The notes under the pieces: generated by a model
Told to the model about the DNA's origin: nothing
The model's input: only the letters and a program-made list of their open reading frames with translations
The model's database searches: none
From: the human T2T-CHM13v2.0 reference genome, Homo sapiens
Strand: one strand, 5' to 3'
DNA: 64,000 nt
Assembly: GCF_009914755.1 (NCBI RefSeq)
Contig: NC_060933.1
Shown: piece by piece, positions 15,045 to 38,720 of the stretch
Position numbering within the stretch: position 1 is the stretch's first letter
Layout of the letters: the number at the start of each line of letters is the position of its first letter
Position numbers and translations under genes: made by a program

Positions 15045-15726
15045 ATGTCTTATTATTTAAGAACTACATCTCATAAGGCTATAGCTGCCTTAGATAGTGA
15101 TTCCTCTGATGGATCTGAGCAAAGTAAATTGAAAATTTTCTGGAAAGGATTCACCATTCTAGATGCCATTAAGAACATTTATGGTTCATAGGAGGAGGTG
15201 AAAATATCAACATTAACAGGAGTTTGGAAGAAGTTGATTCCAACTCTCATGGATGACTTTGCAGGGCTCAAAACTTCACTGGAGGAAGGAACTACAGAGG
15301 TGGTGGAAATAGCAAGAGAACTAGAATTAGAAGTGGAGACTGAAGACGTGACTGAATTGCTGCAATTTCATAATAAAACTTGAAAGGATGAGGAGTTACT
15401 TTTTATGGATGAGAAAAGAAAGTGATTTTTTGAGATGGACTCTACTTCTGGTGAGGATGCTACAAACGTGGTTGAGATGATAACACAAGATTTAGAACAG
15501 TACATAAACTTAGATGATAAAGCAGTGGCAGGGATTAAGAAGATTGACTTCAATTCTGAAAGAATTTCTACAGTAAGTAAAATGCTATCAAACAGCATTG
15601 CATGCTACAGAGAAATCTGTCATGAAAGGAAGAGTCAGTCAATATGGCAGACTTCATTGTTGTCTTATTTTAGAAATTGCCTTAGCCACCACCCTGATTA
15701 GTCAGCAGCCATCAACATCCAGGCAC

Positions 15727-16041
15727 GGCTGGGCGTGGTGGTTCATGTGTGTAGTCCCAGCACTTTTTCAGGCCAACGTAGGAGGATCACTTGAGGCCTG
15801 GAGTTTGAGACCAGCATGGGCAACAAAGGGAGACCTTGCCTTTACAAATAAATAAATAAATAAAAATTTAGCTGGGCATAGTGGTGCACACCTGTGGTCT
15901 CACGTACTCAGGAGGCTGATGTGGGAGGATCACTTGAGCCCCAGAAGTCTGAGGCTTGCAGTGAGCTATGATCATACCACTGCACTCCAGCCTGGGTGAC
16001 AGAGCAAAACCCTGTCTCTAAAATAAAAAAAAAAAAAAAAA
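15727..16041 (+). mobile_element. AluJ
   Basis: TSD atccaggca / atcaaggca. Confidence 0.92.
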
Positions 16042-16158
16042 TCAAGGCAAGACCCTCTACCAGCCAAACTATTATTACTTGCTTGCTGAAGGCTCAGATG
16101 ATCAGTAGCGTTTTTTAGCAATACGGTATTTAAAAATTAAGGTATCATTTTTTTTTAA

Positions 16159-16506
<348 letters not shown>

Positions 16507-16624
16507 GTAAGCATAATTTTTATAAGCACTGGGAAACAAATTTGTGTGACTTGCTTTATTGTGATGTTTGCTTTATTGCAGTGCTCTGGAACTGAACCTG
16601 CAGTATCTCCAAGATATGTCTGTA

Positions 16625-17400
16625 ATGTGTACTCTTTTGTGTCTGGTTTCTTTCACTTAGCATAATGATTTTGAGGGTTAAGCATGTTGTATATCCAGGC
16701 ATATATCAATATTTCATTCCTTTTTGTTGTTAAGTAGTATTCCATTGTACGGATGTACCACATTTTGTTTATCCATTCACCTGTTGATGGATATTTGAAT
16801 TATTTTCAGTTTTTGGCTCTTGTTAATAAAGCTACTTTAAACATTTGTGTGGGCATAGACTTTCATTTCTCTTAGGTACATACTGAAGAGTAGAATGGTA
16901 GGATTATATCACAGTTGTGCTTAATTTGATAAGGAATGCCAGTTTTCCAAAATGATAGCATTGTTTTGCATTCCCATGGGCAGTATATAGAGTTTTCTTA
17001 GGACATTTTAAACAAATGTTTATATAGGTAGTTAATTTTTGTTGTAGAAATATTAAAAAGTATATAAGAGTAAAGAAATACATCACTTAAAATCTTACCA
17101 CAAGATGTAGCATTGTGGAGTATATTATTCTTAACTTTTTTCTACCTATGCTATTTAAAGTAAAACCTTATACTGTATGTACTTCTCTGTATTTTGCTTT
17201 TTCCATGTAACGTGGGAATAGATTTTCTGTTCCAATAAATATACATTTAAACCATCATTTAAAATAGCTGCATAGTGTTCTGTTACATCAATGCAGGATA
17301 TACGGAAACTAGCCATTTGGTTTTTGTTGGACCTTTAGGTTGTTTGCACTTCTCATTTTTATAAATAATATTACAATGGACATTGTTGTAAAAATAAAAC
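16625..17400 (-). mobile_element. L1ME-type 3' region(s)
   Basis: Resumes the L1 broken near 13405 (tactcttttgtgtctggtttctttcacttagcataatg). Confidence 0.65.
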
Positions 17401-17405
17401 TGTAA

Positions 17406-18048
<643 letters not shown>

Positions 18049-18073
18049 CAAAATTGTATTATATTTCTATAAT

Positions 18074-18387
18074 TCTTTCTTTCTTTCTTTCTTTTTTTTT
18101 TTTTTTTTTGAGACAGAGTCTTGCTCTGTCACCCAGACTGCAGTGCAGTGAGATCTCGGTTCACTGCAAGCTCCGCCTCCTGGGTTCACGCAATTCTCCT
18201 GCCTCAGCCTCCCGAGTAGCTGGGACTGCAGGCGCCCACCACCGCGCCCGACTAATTTTTTGTATTTTTAGTAGAGACGGGGTTTCACCATGTTAGCCAG
18301 GATGGTCTTGATCTCCTGACCTTGTGATCCGCCTGCCTCGGCCTCCCAAAGTGCTGGGACTACAGGCGTGAGCCACTGAGCCTGGCC
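18074..18387 (-). mobile_element. AluY
   Basis: TSD tataattctttcttt. Confidence 0.93.
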
Positions 18388-18499
18388 TATAATTCTTTCT
18401 TTATGATAAACTCCAAGGAGGATTGCTGGCTCCAAATATACACAAATTTTGAAGGCTTTTGATACCTCATGCCTAATTGCCTTCTTGCTCTGTTTTCTT

Positions 18500-18655
18500 T
18501 TTCTACTAGTTTTGTGACCTTGGGTATGTTACCTAATGTTTTTGAGCATCAGTTTCCTCATCCATAAAATGGAGATAATAGAAGAATACATTGTTTTAAA
18601 ATATTTGGCATAGTGTCTCACACATAGTAAGTACTCAGTGGCAGCTATTACTACT
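18500..18655 (+). mobile_element. MIR
   Basis: tgtgaccttgggtatgttaccta..cagtttcctcatccataaaatggagataata. Confidence 0.8.
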
Positions 18656-18950
18656 TTAAAAAATTATTACAGTTAATATTATTACCTGTAGTATTTAAGA
18701 GTTCAGGACTTCTAAACCTCTCAAATACTTATACAAAATATTATCATTTAAGAAATACCTTTGTCAATCTGATCATTTGTATTTCTTCTGTGAATTATTT
18801 ATAAATATTCCTTGATGATGATTTTAAATATTTCTCAAATGTTGGAATGAACAATAGGATACTAAGTTTTTGGAACTGTCTCTGATAATTAGGAGTGAGA
18901 GACAGGTGACTATCCCATAAATAAATCCAGTAAATTTGGTAGTACTCTGT

Positions 18951-20217
<1,267 letters not shown>

Positions 20218-20235
20218 CTCAGAGGGTAGAAGTAA

Positions 20236-20355
20236 AGTAGAGACGGGGTTTCACCATGTTGGCCAGGCTGGTCTCAAACTCCCGACCTCAGGTGATCCAC
20301 CTGCCTTGGCCTCCCAAAGTGCTGAGATTACAGGTGTGAGCCACTGCGCCTGGCC
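20236..20355 (-). mobile_element. AluS left arm only
   Basis: Abuts unique DNA at 20236; right arm lost. Confidence 0.9.
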
Positions 20356-20535
20356 TCCAAGCTCATCTTCAACATTTACTGCCCCAGACCTCGAATCGAC
20401 CATTACTATCAGGGACCCTTACTTCTTTTAGTGGAAAATGATATGCAGAGCATATCATATGGGCACTGAGGACATTCATTGCTACAGGAATTGTTATTTT
20501 TACAGATGTTTTCAGGGTGAAGGGCAGGAAAGTTT
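20356..20535 (-). mobile_element. L1MC-type fragment
   Basis: tccaagctcatctt..ctgccccagacc..ttttagtggaaaatg..cattgctac. Confidence 0.6.
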
Positions 20536-20592
20536 TAATCACTTTAATTTTGTTAAAGATAAAATATACCATGATAATGTACTGATAGTTTC

Positions 20593-20768
20593 CTTTATTT
20601 TATTTTATTTTATTTTATTTGAGAAAGAGTCTCGCTCTGTTGCCCAGGAGGGAGTGGAGTGGTGCAATCACAGCTCACTGCAGCCTTGATCTCCTCTGCT
20701 GAAGTGGCACTCCCACCTCGGCCTCTCGAGTTGCTGGTACTACAGGCACACGCCATCACACCCAGCTA
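20593..20768 (-). mobile_element. AluJ right arm
   Basis: (TTTTA)n tail plus right arm, fused to L1MA. Confidence 0.88.
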
Positions 20769-21430
20769 CATGAGATACTTTGATACAGGCATGCAATAAG
20801 CAGTAACCACATCATGGAAGATGGAGTATTCATCCCCTCAAGCATTTATTCTTTGTATTACAAACAATCCAATTATATCTTTAAGTTATTTTTCGATGTA
20901 CAATTAAATTATTGATGACTATAGTCACCCTGTTGTGCTGTCAAATAGTAAATCTTATTCATTATTTCTAACTATTTTTTTGTACCCATTAACTATTCCT
21001 ACTTATCCCCAGCCTCCCCATTACCTTTCCCAGCCTCTGGTAACCATTCTTCTACTCTCCATATCCATGAGTTCAACTGTTTTGAGTTTTTAGCACTCAG
21101 AAATAAGTGAAAACATGCGAAGTTTGTTTTTCTGTGTCTGACTTATTTCACTTAACGTAATAACCTTCACTTCCATCTGTGTTGTTGCAAATGACTGGAT
21201 CTCATTTTTTTATGGCTGAGTAGGACTCCATTGTATATAATTACCACATTTTCTTTATCCATTCATCTGTTGATAGACACTTAGTTTGCATCCTAATCTT
21301 GGCTATTGTGAATAGTGCTGCAACAAACATAGGAGTGTAGATATCTCTTCAATATATTGATCTTTTTTCTTTTGGGTATATAGCTAGCAATGGGATTGCT
21401 GGATCATATAGTAGCTCTGTTTTTAGTATT
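20769..21430 (-). mobile_element. L1MA2/3-type 3'UTR (first copy)
   Basis: tttgatacaggcatgcaat..cccctcaagcatttat..gactatagtcaccctgttgtgc. Confidence 0.88.
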
Positions 21431-24481
<3,051 letters not shown>

Positions 24482-24703
24482 TTTTTTTTATTATTATACT
24501 TTAAGTTCTGGGGTACATGTGCAGAATGTGCAGGTTTGTTACATAGGTATACCTGTGCCATGGTGGTTTGCTGCACCCATCAACCCATCATCTACATTAG
24601 ATATTTCTTCTAATGCTATCCCTCCCCCAGGCCCCCACCCCCTGACAGGCCCTGGTGTGTGATGCTTGCCATACCCACCCCCCGAATCCATGCATTCTCA
24701 TTG

Positions 24704-28798
<4,095 letters not shown>

Positions 28799-29049
28799 GA
28801 TGCTAGCTGGTTATTTTGCCCATTAGTTGATGCAGTTTTTTTCATAGTGTTGATGGTCTTTACATTTTGGTTTGTTTTTGCAGTAGCTGATACTGGTTTT
28901 TCCTTCCCATGTTTAGTGCTTCCTTCAGGAGCTCTTGTAAGGCAGGTCTGGTGGTGACAAAATCTCTCAGCCTTTGCTTGTCTGTAAAGGATTTTATTTC
29001 TCCTTCCTTTATGAAGTTTTATTTGGCTGGATATGAGAATCTAGGTTGA

Positions 29050-29506
<457 letters not shown>

Positions 29507-29526
29507 AACATTTTTTCCTTCATTTC

Positions 29527-30825
<1,299 letters not shown>

Positions 30826-32839
30826 CATTTCAACCTTGGTGAATCTGATGATTATGTGTTTGGGGTTGCTCTTCTCAAAGAGTATCTTTGTGGTGTTCTC
30901 TGTATTTCCCAAATTTGAATGTTGGCCTGTCTTGCTAGGTTGGGGAATTTCTCCTGGATAATATCCTGAAGTGTGCTTTCCAACTTGGTTCCATTCTCCC
31001 TGTCACTTTCAGGTACACCATTCAAACGTAGGTTTGGTCTTTTCTCATAGTCCCATATTTCTTGGAGGCTTTGTTTGGTCCTTTTCATTCTTTTTTTCTC
31101 TAATCTTGTCTTCACGCTTTATTTCATTAAGTTGATCTTCAATCTCTGGTATCCTTTCTTCTGCATGATCGATTCGGCTATTGATACTTGGGTATGCTTC
31201 ACAAAGTTCTCATGCTGTGTTTTTCAGCTCCATCAGGTCATTTATGTTCTTCTCTAAACTGGTTATTCTAGTTAGCAATTCCTCTAACCTTTTTCAAGGT
31301 TCTTAGCTTCCTTGCATTGGGTTACAACACGCTCCTTTAGCTCAGAGGAGTTTATTATTACCCACCTTCTGAAGCCTACTTCTGTCAGTTCGTCAAAGTC
31401 ATTCTCTCTCCAGTTTTGTTCCCTTGCTGGCGAGAAGTTGTGATCCTTTGGAGGAGAAGAGGCATTCTGGTTTTTGGAATTTTCAGGCTTTTTGCTCTGT
31501 TTTTTGCTTATCTTCGTGGATTTCTCTACCTTTGATCTTTGCTGTTGGTGACCTTCAGGTGGAGTTTTTGCATGGTCATTTTTTCTGTTGATGTTGATGC
31601 TATTGCTTTCTGTTTGTTAGTTTTCCTTCTAACAGTCAGGACCCTCTTCTGCAGGTCTGCTGGAGTTTGCTGGAGGTCCACTCCAGACTCTCTTTGCCTG
31701 GGTATCACCAGCAGAGGCTGCAGAACTGCAAAGATTGCTGCCTGCTCCTTCCTCTGGAAGCTTCATCCCAGAGGGGCACCCACCAGATGCCAGCCAGAGC
31801 TCTTCTGTATGAGGTGTCTATCAACCCCTGCTGGGAGGTGTCTCTCTGTCAGAAGGCACGGGTGTCAGGGACCCACTTGAGGGGGCAGTCTGTCCTTTAG
31901 CAGAGCTCGAGTGATGTGCTGGGAGATCCGCTGCTGTCTTCAGAGCCTGGAGGCGGGAACGTTTAAATTGGCTGAAGCTGCATCCATGGCCACCCCTTTC
32001 CCCAGGTTCTCTGTCCCAGGGAGATGGGAGTTCAAGCTATAAGCCCTTGACTGGGGCTGCTGCCTTTCTTTCAGGGATGCCCTGCCCAGACAGGAGGAAT
32101 CTAGAGAGGTAGTCTGGCTACAGTGGCTTTGCCGCCCAGTTCAAACTTCCTGGCGGCTTTGTTTATACTGTGAGGGGAAAACCACTTACTCAAGCCTCAG
32201 TAATGGTGGACACCCCTCCCCCTACCATCTTCGAGCGTCCCAGGTTGACTTCAGACTGCTATGTTGGCAGTGAGAATTTCAAGCCAGTGGATCTTAGCTT
32301 TCTGGGCTCCGTGGGGGTGGGATCTGCTGAGCAAGACCACTTGGCTGCCTGACTTCAGCCTCCTTTCCAGAGGAGTGAATGGTTCTGTCTCACTGGCATT
32401 CCAGGTGCCACTGGGGTATGAAAAAAAAAACTCCTGCAGCTAGCTCAGTGTTTGCCCAAATGGCGGCCCAGTTTTGTGCTTGAAACCCAGGGCCCTGGTG
32501 GCATAGGCACCCCAGGGAATCTCCTGGTCTGTGGGTTGTGGAGACCGTGGGAAAAGCATAGTATCTGGGCTGGATAGCACCATCCCTCATGGCACAGTCC
32601 TTCACGGCTTCCCTTGGCTAGGGGAGGGAGTTCCCTGACCCCTTGTGCTTCCCGGGTAAGGTGATGCCCCACCCTGCTTTGACTTGCCCTCCGTGGGCTG
32701 CACCCACTGTCTGACCAGTCCCAGTGAGATAAGCCAGGTATCTCAGTTGGAAATGAAGAAATCACCTGCCTTCTGCATTGGTCTTGGTGGAAGCTGCAGA
32801 CTGGAGCTGTTCTTATTCAGCCATCTTGCCCAGGAATCC

Positions 32840-34595
32840 TTCACTGAGCTTCTTTAGTAGCAATATTTTGAATTCTTTATTTGAGATTTCAGAAATTTTG
32901 TTTGGATTATACTCTGGTGCTGGAGAATTATTGTGTTCCTCTGGAGGTGTCATGTTTCCTTGCTTTTTCATGTTTCCTGTGTTCTTATGTTGTTATCTGC
33001 ATATCTGGTATAATAGTCACTTATTCCAATGTTTAAAATTTGCTTTCACAGGGGAGCACTTTTTCCTGAAGATATATCTATGGTGTTCGTTGGCTAGAGC
33101 ACTTTGGCTTTGATTCTGAGTCTGTGACTTCGTTTAGTCTCTATGATTTTTTCAGCTGTCAACAGCATCAGTGGATACTGTGGTTTCCTTGGTGGCTTAG
33201 GTCGTGGTGGTTAGTGGAGGCTATGGAGAAGATTTTCTGGGGACTGGGATGCCAGGCGGGCCAGTCTTTGGGCCTCAGTGGTGGTAGTGATGGGCTGAGC
33301 AGGCCTGTCCTTGGGCCCCAGGGTTGTATATGCTGGCACCATTTTTAGTGGGTCTAGGTAAGCCAATTATTGGGCCTCGAGGTGGCTTGTTTGGGTGCCA
33401 AAAATGGCATAGTGGGTCAGGTTGGTGGGCAGGTCGATGACTTCCTGGGCAGCAGGAACAGTGGGCAATTGCAGTAGCAGTGGTGAGACAACTCTTTGGG
33501 ACCGAAGCAGTTTGCACTGGTGTTGGTAGTGAGTGTGGCAGCTTCGGCTGACTGGTCCCCATACCTGCAGGTGGCATATGCAGGTGGGTGCCAGCTGTGG
33601 TGGTAGCAGCAGATTGAATGGACCGGACCTCAGACCCCAGGTGGAGTGCTCAGGTGCCACCAGTGGTGGACTGGGCTGGGTGATCCCAGGCCCCTAGACA
33701 GTGTGGATGGGTGATCCCCAGGCCCCTGGATGGTATACTTGATTACTGGGAGGAGGGAATCGAACTCAAACCAGACTGGGTGAACCTGCCCTCAGTCCCC
33801 CAGGTGATGACTGCAGGGTGCTGGCTGTGGTAGGCAGGGGCAGGGTGATCCCCAGGCTGTTGGAATGCTCAGTTAGGGGATGGCAGTGGTGGTGCTGTGG
33901 GGGAGGGCGGGGTTGTTTACCCTGGAAGCAGCCTATAAGCTGGCAGCCGGGGTGGGGGGGTGCAGGTGTGGACTTTGCTGGTACTTTGGCCCCATAGCAG
34001 CCTGTAGCAGTGGTTGCAGGCAGTGGAATTTGTCTTCAGGGCACATGAAAATGTGTAACTGCCCCTCTGCTGGGGGTGGGGGTGGAGTCGCTGCCTGTGG
34101 CTACTGCCTTGACCCCTGGTAGCAGGGCAGGACACAGTCTGCTGGGTCCTGGGCTCTCAAAATGGCAGGGTGCTGCAGCTGCTGAGGACTCAGGGGTTTA
34201 TGGAACTCAGCGTGAGCTCTCTTTCTGGAGCCATGCCTTTGCAAGGGCTCCAGGCAGCTCCCTATGTTAGTCTCAGGACCCATTAGAGCCAAGAGGATCT
34301 CCTGTGGCTGGGATTATAAGCATCTGTGGCGCGAATGCAGACTTCTGGGGGTCTCTCATTTACTCTTTCCCCACATTGGGAGCCTCTCCAGACTCTCAGC
34401 CAATCCTGGCCAAAGAAGCTGCCTCACTTTGTCCTTCCTTGCTTCCAGTGCTTCCCATCTCTTCTCTGTTGAGTTACAGTGCTCTCTCTTGGATAAGCTA
34501 TTTGAAGTGTGATTATCTACTTGCTGGTTTGCTTCCTCTTCATGGGAGTGGCAAGTACTAGGTGCTTCTAGTCAGTCATCTCGAAGCCTCTCCTC
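32840..34595 (-). mobile_element. L1MA-type ORF1 N-terminus and GC-rich 5'UTR (right part of host L1)
   Basis: Minus strand reads SNKEFKILLLKKLSE; ends ctagtcagtcatct (L1M 5' terminus-like). Confidence 0.78.
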
Positions 34596-35084
34596 TAAAG
34601 GATTATGTATTTTGTATTTTTTTTGATTTACATAAAATTCTCACAAAGTATTATGTTTTAAAACACTCGAAAACATTCTTTTCTGTGGTCATGCTACAAA
34701 TGCAATACACAGATAATTTTACTTTATCTTTAACTTTTAGAGGTTTATTTTTTAAAATTAACTTATTTTATAATTATGAAATACACTGACATAATTTCAA
34801 GGCCAAATGAATAAAAAAGATATATTTAAAAAGTCTGGTTTCTAGCTCTTTCCCCTCTATCACCCCCTTCTCTTCCTCCCCATATAGGTAACCATTTTTT
34901 AAAAAGTTTACCTTCCCATTAAAAAATAAATATATATTATACAACTTAATTTCAAAATAATATGTATAGTGACATAATATGTGTGTGTGTGTGTGTGTAT
35001 ATACATATATTCACTCATAGATATACATGAATGATTTCTAGGTTCAACTATTGGTTATAGGAGCATACATACACATACAGTGCT

Positions 35085-35855
35085 GTTCTAAAAGTGCCAA
35101 TCTGATCATGTAACTAGAACTGTTTGGCAAATATTTATTATTCTTAGGATAAAAACATTGTTCAAATGGTCCCCATAATCTGGCATCTGTCTACTTGATC
35201 ACTTCTTAAACCAAGCAACTCTTTTTTATCTTCTGTACTGCAGCCACAGTGGGCTTCTTCCTTGAACATATACTGTTCTTTCCTGCTTTAAAGTAATTTT
35301 TTTACATGCCATTCTGTCTTCCTGGAAAGATTTCTTCTCTTCCATTTCCCTTTCAATTTAGATAATACGTACTTATTCTTCCAATTTACACTTAAAAGTC
35401 AATTCCTCAGGGAAAACTTCTCTGCCTCATCAGGTTAGTTTAGATCTTCACTGTTATGTATTCTCCTAAAACTCCATACATTTTTATATTACTTACTATA
35501 ACTATAATTTAAAAATTTTAATGGAAAATTTTAAACACAGAAAAAAGTAGAGAGAATAGTATAATAAGTCCTTGCATTTTTGTCACTTTGTTTAAATAAT
35601 TATCAACTCACGGTCAACCTTATTTTAACTATACCCCTAGACATTATACAATTTAATCACCAATATTTTTGTATCATAATTATAATTTAATAATTAATTG
35701 TGAACACTGTTGTTCAATGACTATCTCTGTTGCCACATTGTAAATTCCATGGACTCAGGGATTTGAATGTCTTCTTCACTGCTGCATTCTCAGGGTTTAG
35801 CTCGATGTTGTGAATATCGTAAGTGTTGAGAGGTATGTCGAATGAACGAATGAAA
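35085..35855 (+). mobile_element. L2 3' region (with an L1 fragment near 35500-35680)
   Basis: aatctgatcatgt, tcctcagggaaaacttctctg, ends gaatgaacgaatgaa. Confidence 0.6.
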
Positions 35856-36428
35856 TGTTATAGATTACTAGAGAAAACAGGAATATGCATTTACTGTATT
35901 TAGGGTTCAGCAAGGCATTTGACACATTCTCTCACAGAATCTTTGCTAATAATATAGTCTAGAATCAAGAACAATTAAGATTCATTTCTTGTTGACTGAT
36001 TGTATCGAATGGGTTAATGAGATTGTGGTTTTTAGTTCAGTAGTGTGTCAGAGAGCTTTCCCTGTGATCTGTTCTTGTTCCACAGTTTTTTTTAAATCAA
36101 TGATTTGAATGAGTAGAGAAAGGACTCCCTCCCACCAAATATGGAAGAGATAGGAAATACACTGGATGACAGAATCAGAATCCAAAAAATGTGTTTGACA
36201 GCCTAGGGCAACAGAAACCGTTAAGGTAAATTTAATGGTAATAACTTAAAAGTCTCACATTTAGGTCCAAGAAATACAACTGTAGAAGTTTATGATGGGG
36301 GGAAACATGGCTTAGCCATAGCATGTATTAAAAATACCTAGTGTGCACAATGTGATGTAGCCACTATGAAATCTGATGGTAGTCTCAGATTTTCTTACTA
36401 GAAGGCAGCATTTAGAAGCACTTTTCTG

Positions 36429-36640
36429 GGGGGAGGGGGGAGGGATAGCACTAGGAGATATACCTAATGCTAAATGACGAGTTAATGGGTGCAGCACACC
36501 AACATGGCACATGTATACATATGTAACAAACCTGCACATTGTGCACATGTACCCTAAAACTTAAAGTATAATAATAATAAAATTAAAAAAAGAAAATAGA
36601 AAAGAAAAAAAGAAAAAATAAAAATAAAAAATAAAAAAAA
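36429..36640 (+). mobile_element. L1PA3-like 5'-truncated insertion
   Basis: gctaaatgacgagttaatgggtgcagcacaccaacatgg; perfect 15-bp TSD agaagcacttttctg (36414-36428 / 36641-36655). Confidence 0.93.
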
Positions 36641-36829
36641 AGAAGCACTTTTCTGTTGTTAATTAGATGGCACTAGAAAAGCGGTGTTTTGTTATAGGCA
36701 GAAGAGGCCTGGTGCTGTATTAAGGAGGAAGTGGTCGAAGAGCTGAGGATTTTAATCTGTGGAAGCCAGGCTTGACTAGCACTAAAACCCCCCCACCAAA
36801 AACAAAAAACCAAAACAAACAACAACAAT

Positions 36830-37058
36830 GGTCAATACTTAAAAATTGTGAGACATCCCAATTCTATTGATAAATGGGAGGATCTGTCAATGGTCGCTTA
36901 AGCTGCATGGAGATGATTATCTGCTACCTCTTTTAGGTAGGGTGCCCCTTCTATAATTCAGCTGAGTTCCTACCACTTCCTGCTGTCTAACACCTTGCTG
37001 CCTTCACTCATTTAGGTATCCTTGTTGGCCTTGTAGGTATTTGCCTTTGCAATCCCTG
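36830..37058. mobile_element. MER102-like hAT element
   Basis: cttcactcattta..ggccttgtaggtatttg..tttgcaatccctg terminus. Confidence 0.6.
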
Positions 37059-37255
37059 GGCAGGCTAGCCATGTAAGACCTGTCAGGGAGGAGCTTGGAC
37101 CACGGAGGTTAAAGTAATAGGGATGGATTTTGGCACAAAATAGCAGTCCTATCAAGCAGGACTGCTCAAATGCAGAATGGGCTGCCTTGAGATTCTATGA
37201 AATTTCATAAAGTCACAGCCCACATCCTTTCTCTCTCTTCCCTTCTCTTCCCTTC

Positions 37256-37624
37256 TGCTATGGACTGAATTATGTCCCTTCAAAATTCATGTGTTGAAGC
37301 CCTAACCCCCATTGCGATTATATTAGATATAGGGTTTTTAAGCGGTAATTAAGGTTAAATGTGGTCATAAGGGTGAGGGTACAAATCCAATAGGATTGAT
37401 GGCTTTATAAGAAGAGGAAGAGAGAGATACACCCTCTGCCATGTGAGGGCATAGCAAGAAGGCAGCCATCTTCAGGCCAGGAAGAGAGCCCTTACCAGCA
37501 ACTGATCATGCTGGCACCCCAATCCCAACCTTCTGGCCACCAGAACTGTGAGGAAATAAATTTCTGTTGTTTAAGCCACCCAGCCTATGGCATTTTATTG
37601 TGTCAGCCCAAGCAGACTATGACC
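37256..37624 (+). mobile_element. MLT1A-type MaLR LTR
   Basis: tgctatggactgaat..aataaatttctgttgtttaagccaccc..gcagactatgac. Confidence 0.88.
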
Positions 37625-37884
37625 CTTCTCCTTCCCTTCCCTTCTTTTTCCCCCTCTTTTCTCTCTCCTTCCCTCCTTCCTTCCTTTCTCTGCATCTCTT
37701 CTTTCTTTCCTCCTTTTCCTTATTTTTCCCTTAGAACAGTCATGCCTATCAGAAAATAGATTTCTTGATTGTCTTATAAACACACATTTCTTAGCATTTT
37801 GGTACACTTGTCTTCATATGGCTATTCCTTGTGTGTTTATCTGGATGGACATGGTCCTGAACTGCAACAACGCTTAAGATTCTC

Positions 37885-38048
37885 ATCTGAGGGTGCACGT
37901 AAAAATTGTCTGTAAATAATATAGATACTCAGTTCTCCCCAGCCCCTGTCCTGGGAGATTCTGCCTTGTGAGGTTGTTGGAATGGAGCTTGGCATCTGTA
38001 CATTTAAAAAGCCTCAAGGGAGACTTGGAGTCTTCTTGGAACTACTGC
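37885..38048. mobile_element. MER5-like hAT MITE
   Basis: gagattctg..ggcatctgtacatttaaaaagc..gaactactg. Confidence 0.5.
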
Positions 38049-38159
38049 CCCAGGGATTATATTTGTGTCTGTAGAGTACCCAAATCACTGGTTTCTTCAT
38101 TTATTTAGCAGTCACTGGGTGTGTCTATCTGGAGAACCCCAAACAAAGTGAAACAAAAT

Positions 38160-38720
38160 GCTGTAAAGGAAGGTACCATTTTGACTCATGTGGAACCTAT
38201 AGTCTAGTTAATAAAACAACTAGATGATAGAAAGGATTCTGAGAAAATGAGACCACTTGGGAGTTGAGTTGGTTCAGGAAGGCTTCCCAAGGAGAGCAGT
38301 TCCAAATGAAGGTGAAAGAAGTGTTGTGTTTAGGTGAGTAGAGGAAAGGAGGAGAGGATGTTTGCAGCAGGGAAATAGCATAAGGAAAAGCATAGACACA
38401 AATTGAGCTGACTTATTCAGGAGGCATTAAGGAGAGTTGCCTACTTAACAAAGAAGAGGGTTGGTTGGGAAATTAGATAGTCAAGGGAAGCCTGTGGTGA
38501 AGATTGCTGGGTACCAGGTGGGAAGTTTGCACTTGGAGTCAGAGAGATCTGGGCTTGAATTCTGCCTCTAGTACTTGCTGCGGACAGTGGTTTTGGACAG
38601 ATTATCTCTTCTGAGCCTGTTTTCTTCTGTAAAATAGAATTAATACACACTATCCCTGTGGGATGTTGGTGAGTAAAAGAGACAGCAGTGCCTGGCACAG
38701 AGTAGTGCTCAGTTAATGGA
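38160..38720. mobile_element. L2 (minus, 38160-38525) followed by MIR (plus, 38530-38720)
   Basis: caggaaggcttccc, agggaaatagcat; ctctgagcct..ctgtaaaatag..gtgcctggcacagagtag. Confidence 0.65.

Larger units (their letters stand above)
35880..37200 (+). mobile_element. L3/CR1 LINE fragment, interrupted by L1PA3 and MER102
   Basis: Reads YLGFSKAFDTFSH (CR1 RT motif YLDFSKAFD.V.H); gatgacagaatcagaatccaaaaa; 3' end gaatgggctgcctt..gattctatga. Confidence 0.75.

Noticed and set aside
15198-15701. TIGD1-like transposase ORFs
   Set aside because: Decayed Tigger1 copy with stops, frameshifts and Alu insertions; not a domesticated gene
33170-34400. GC-rich stretch as a CpG island or promoter
   Set aside because: CpG-depleted; it is the old L1MA 5'UTR
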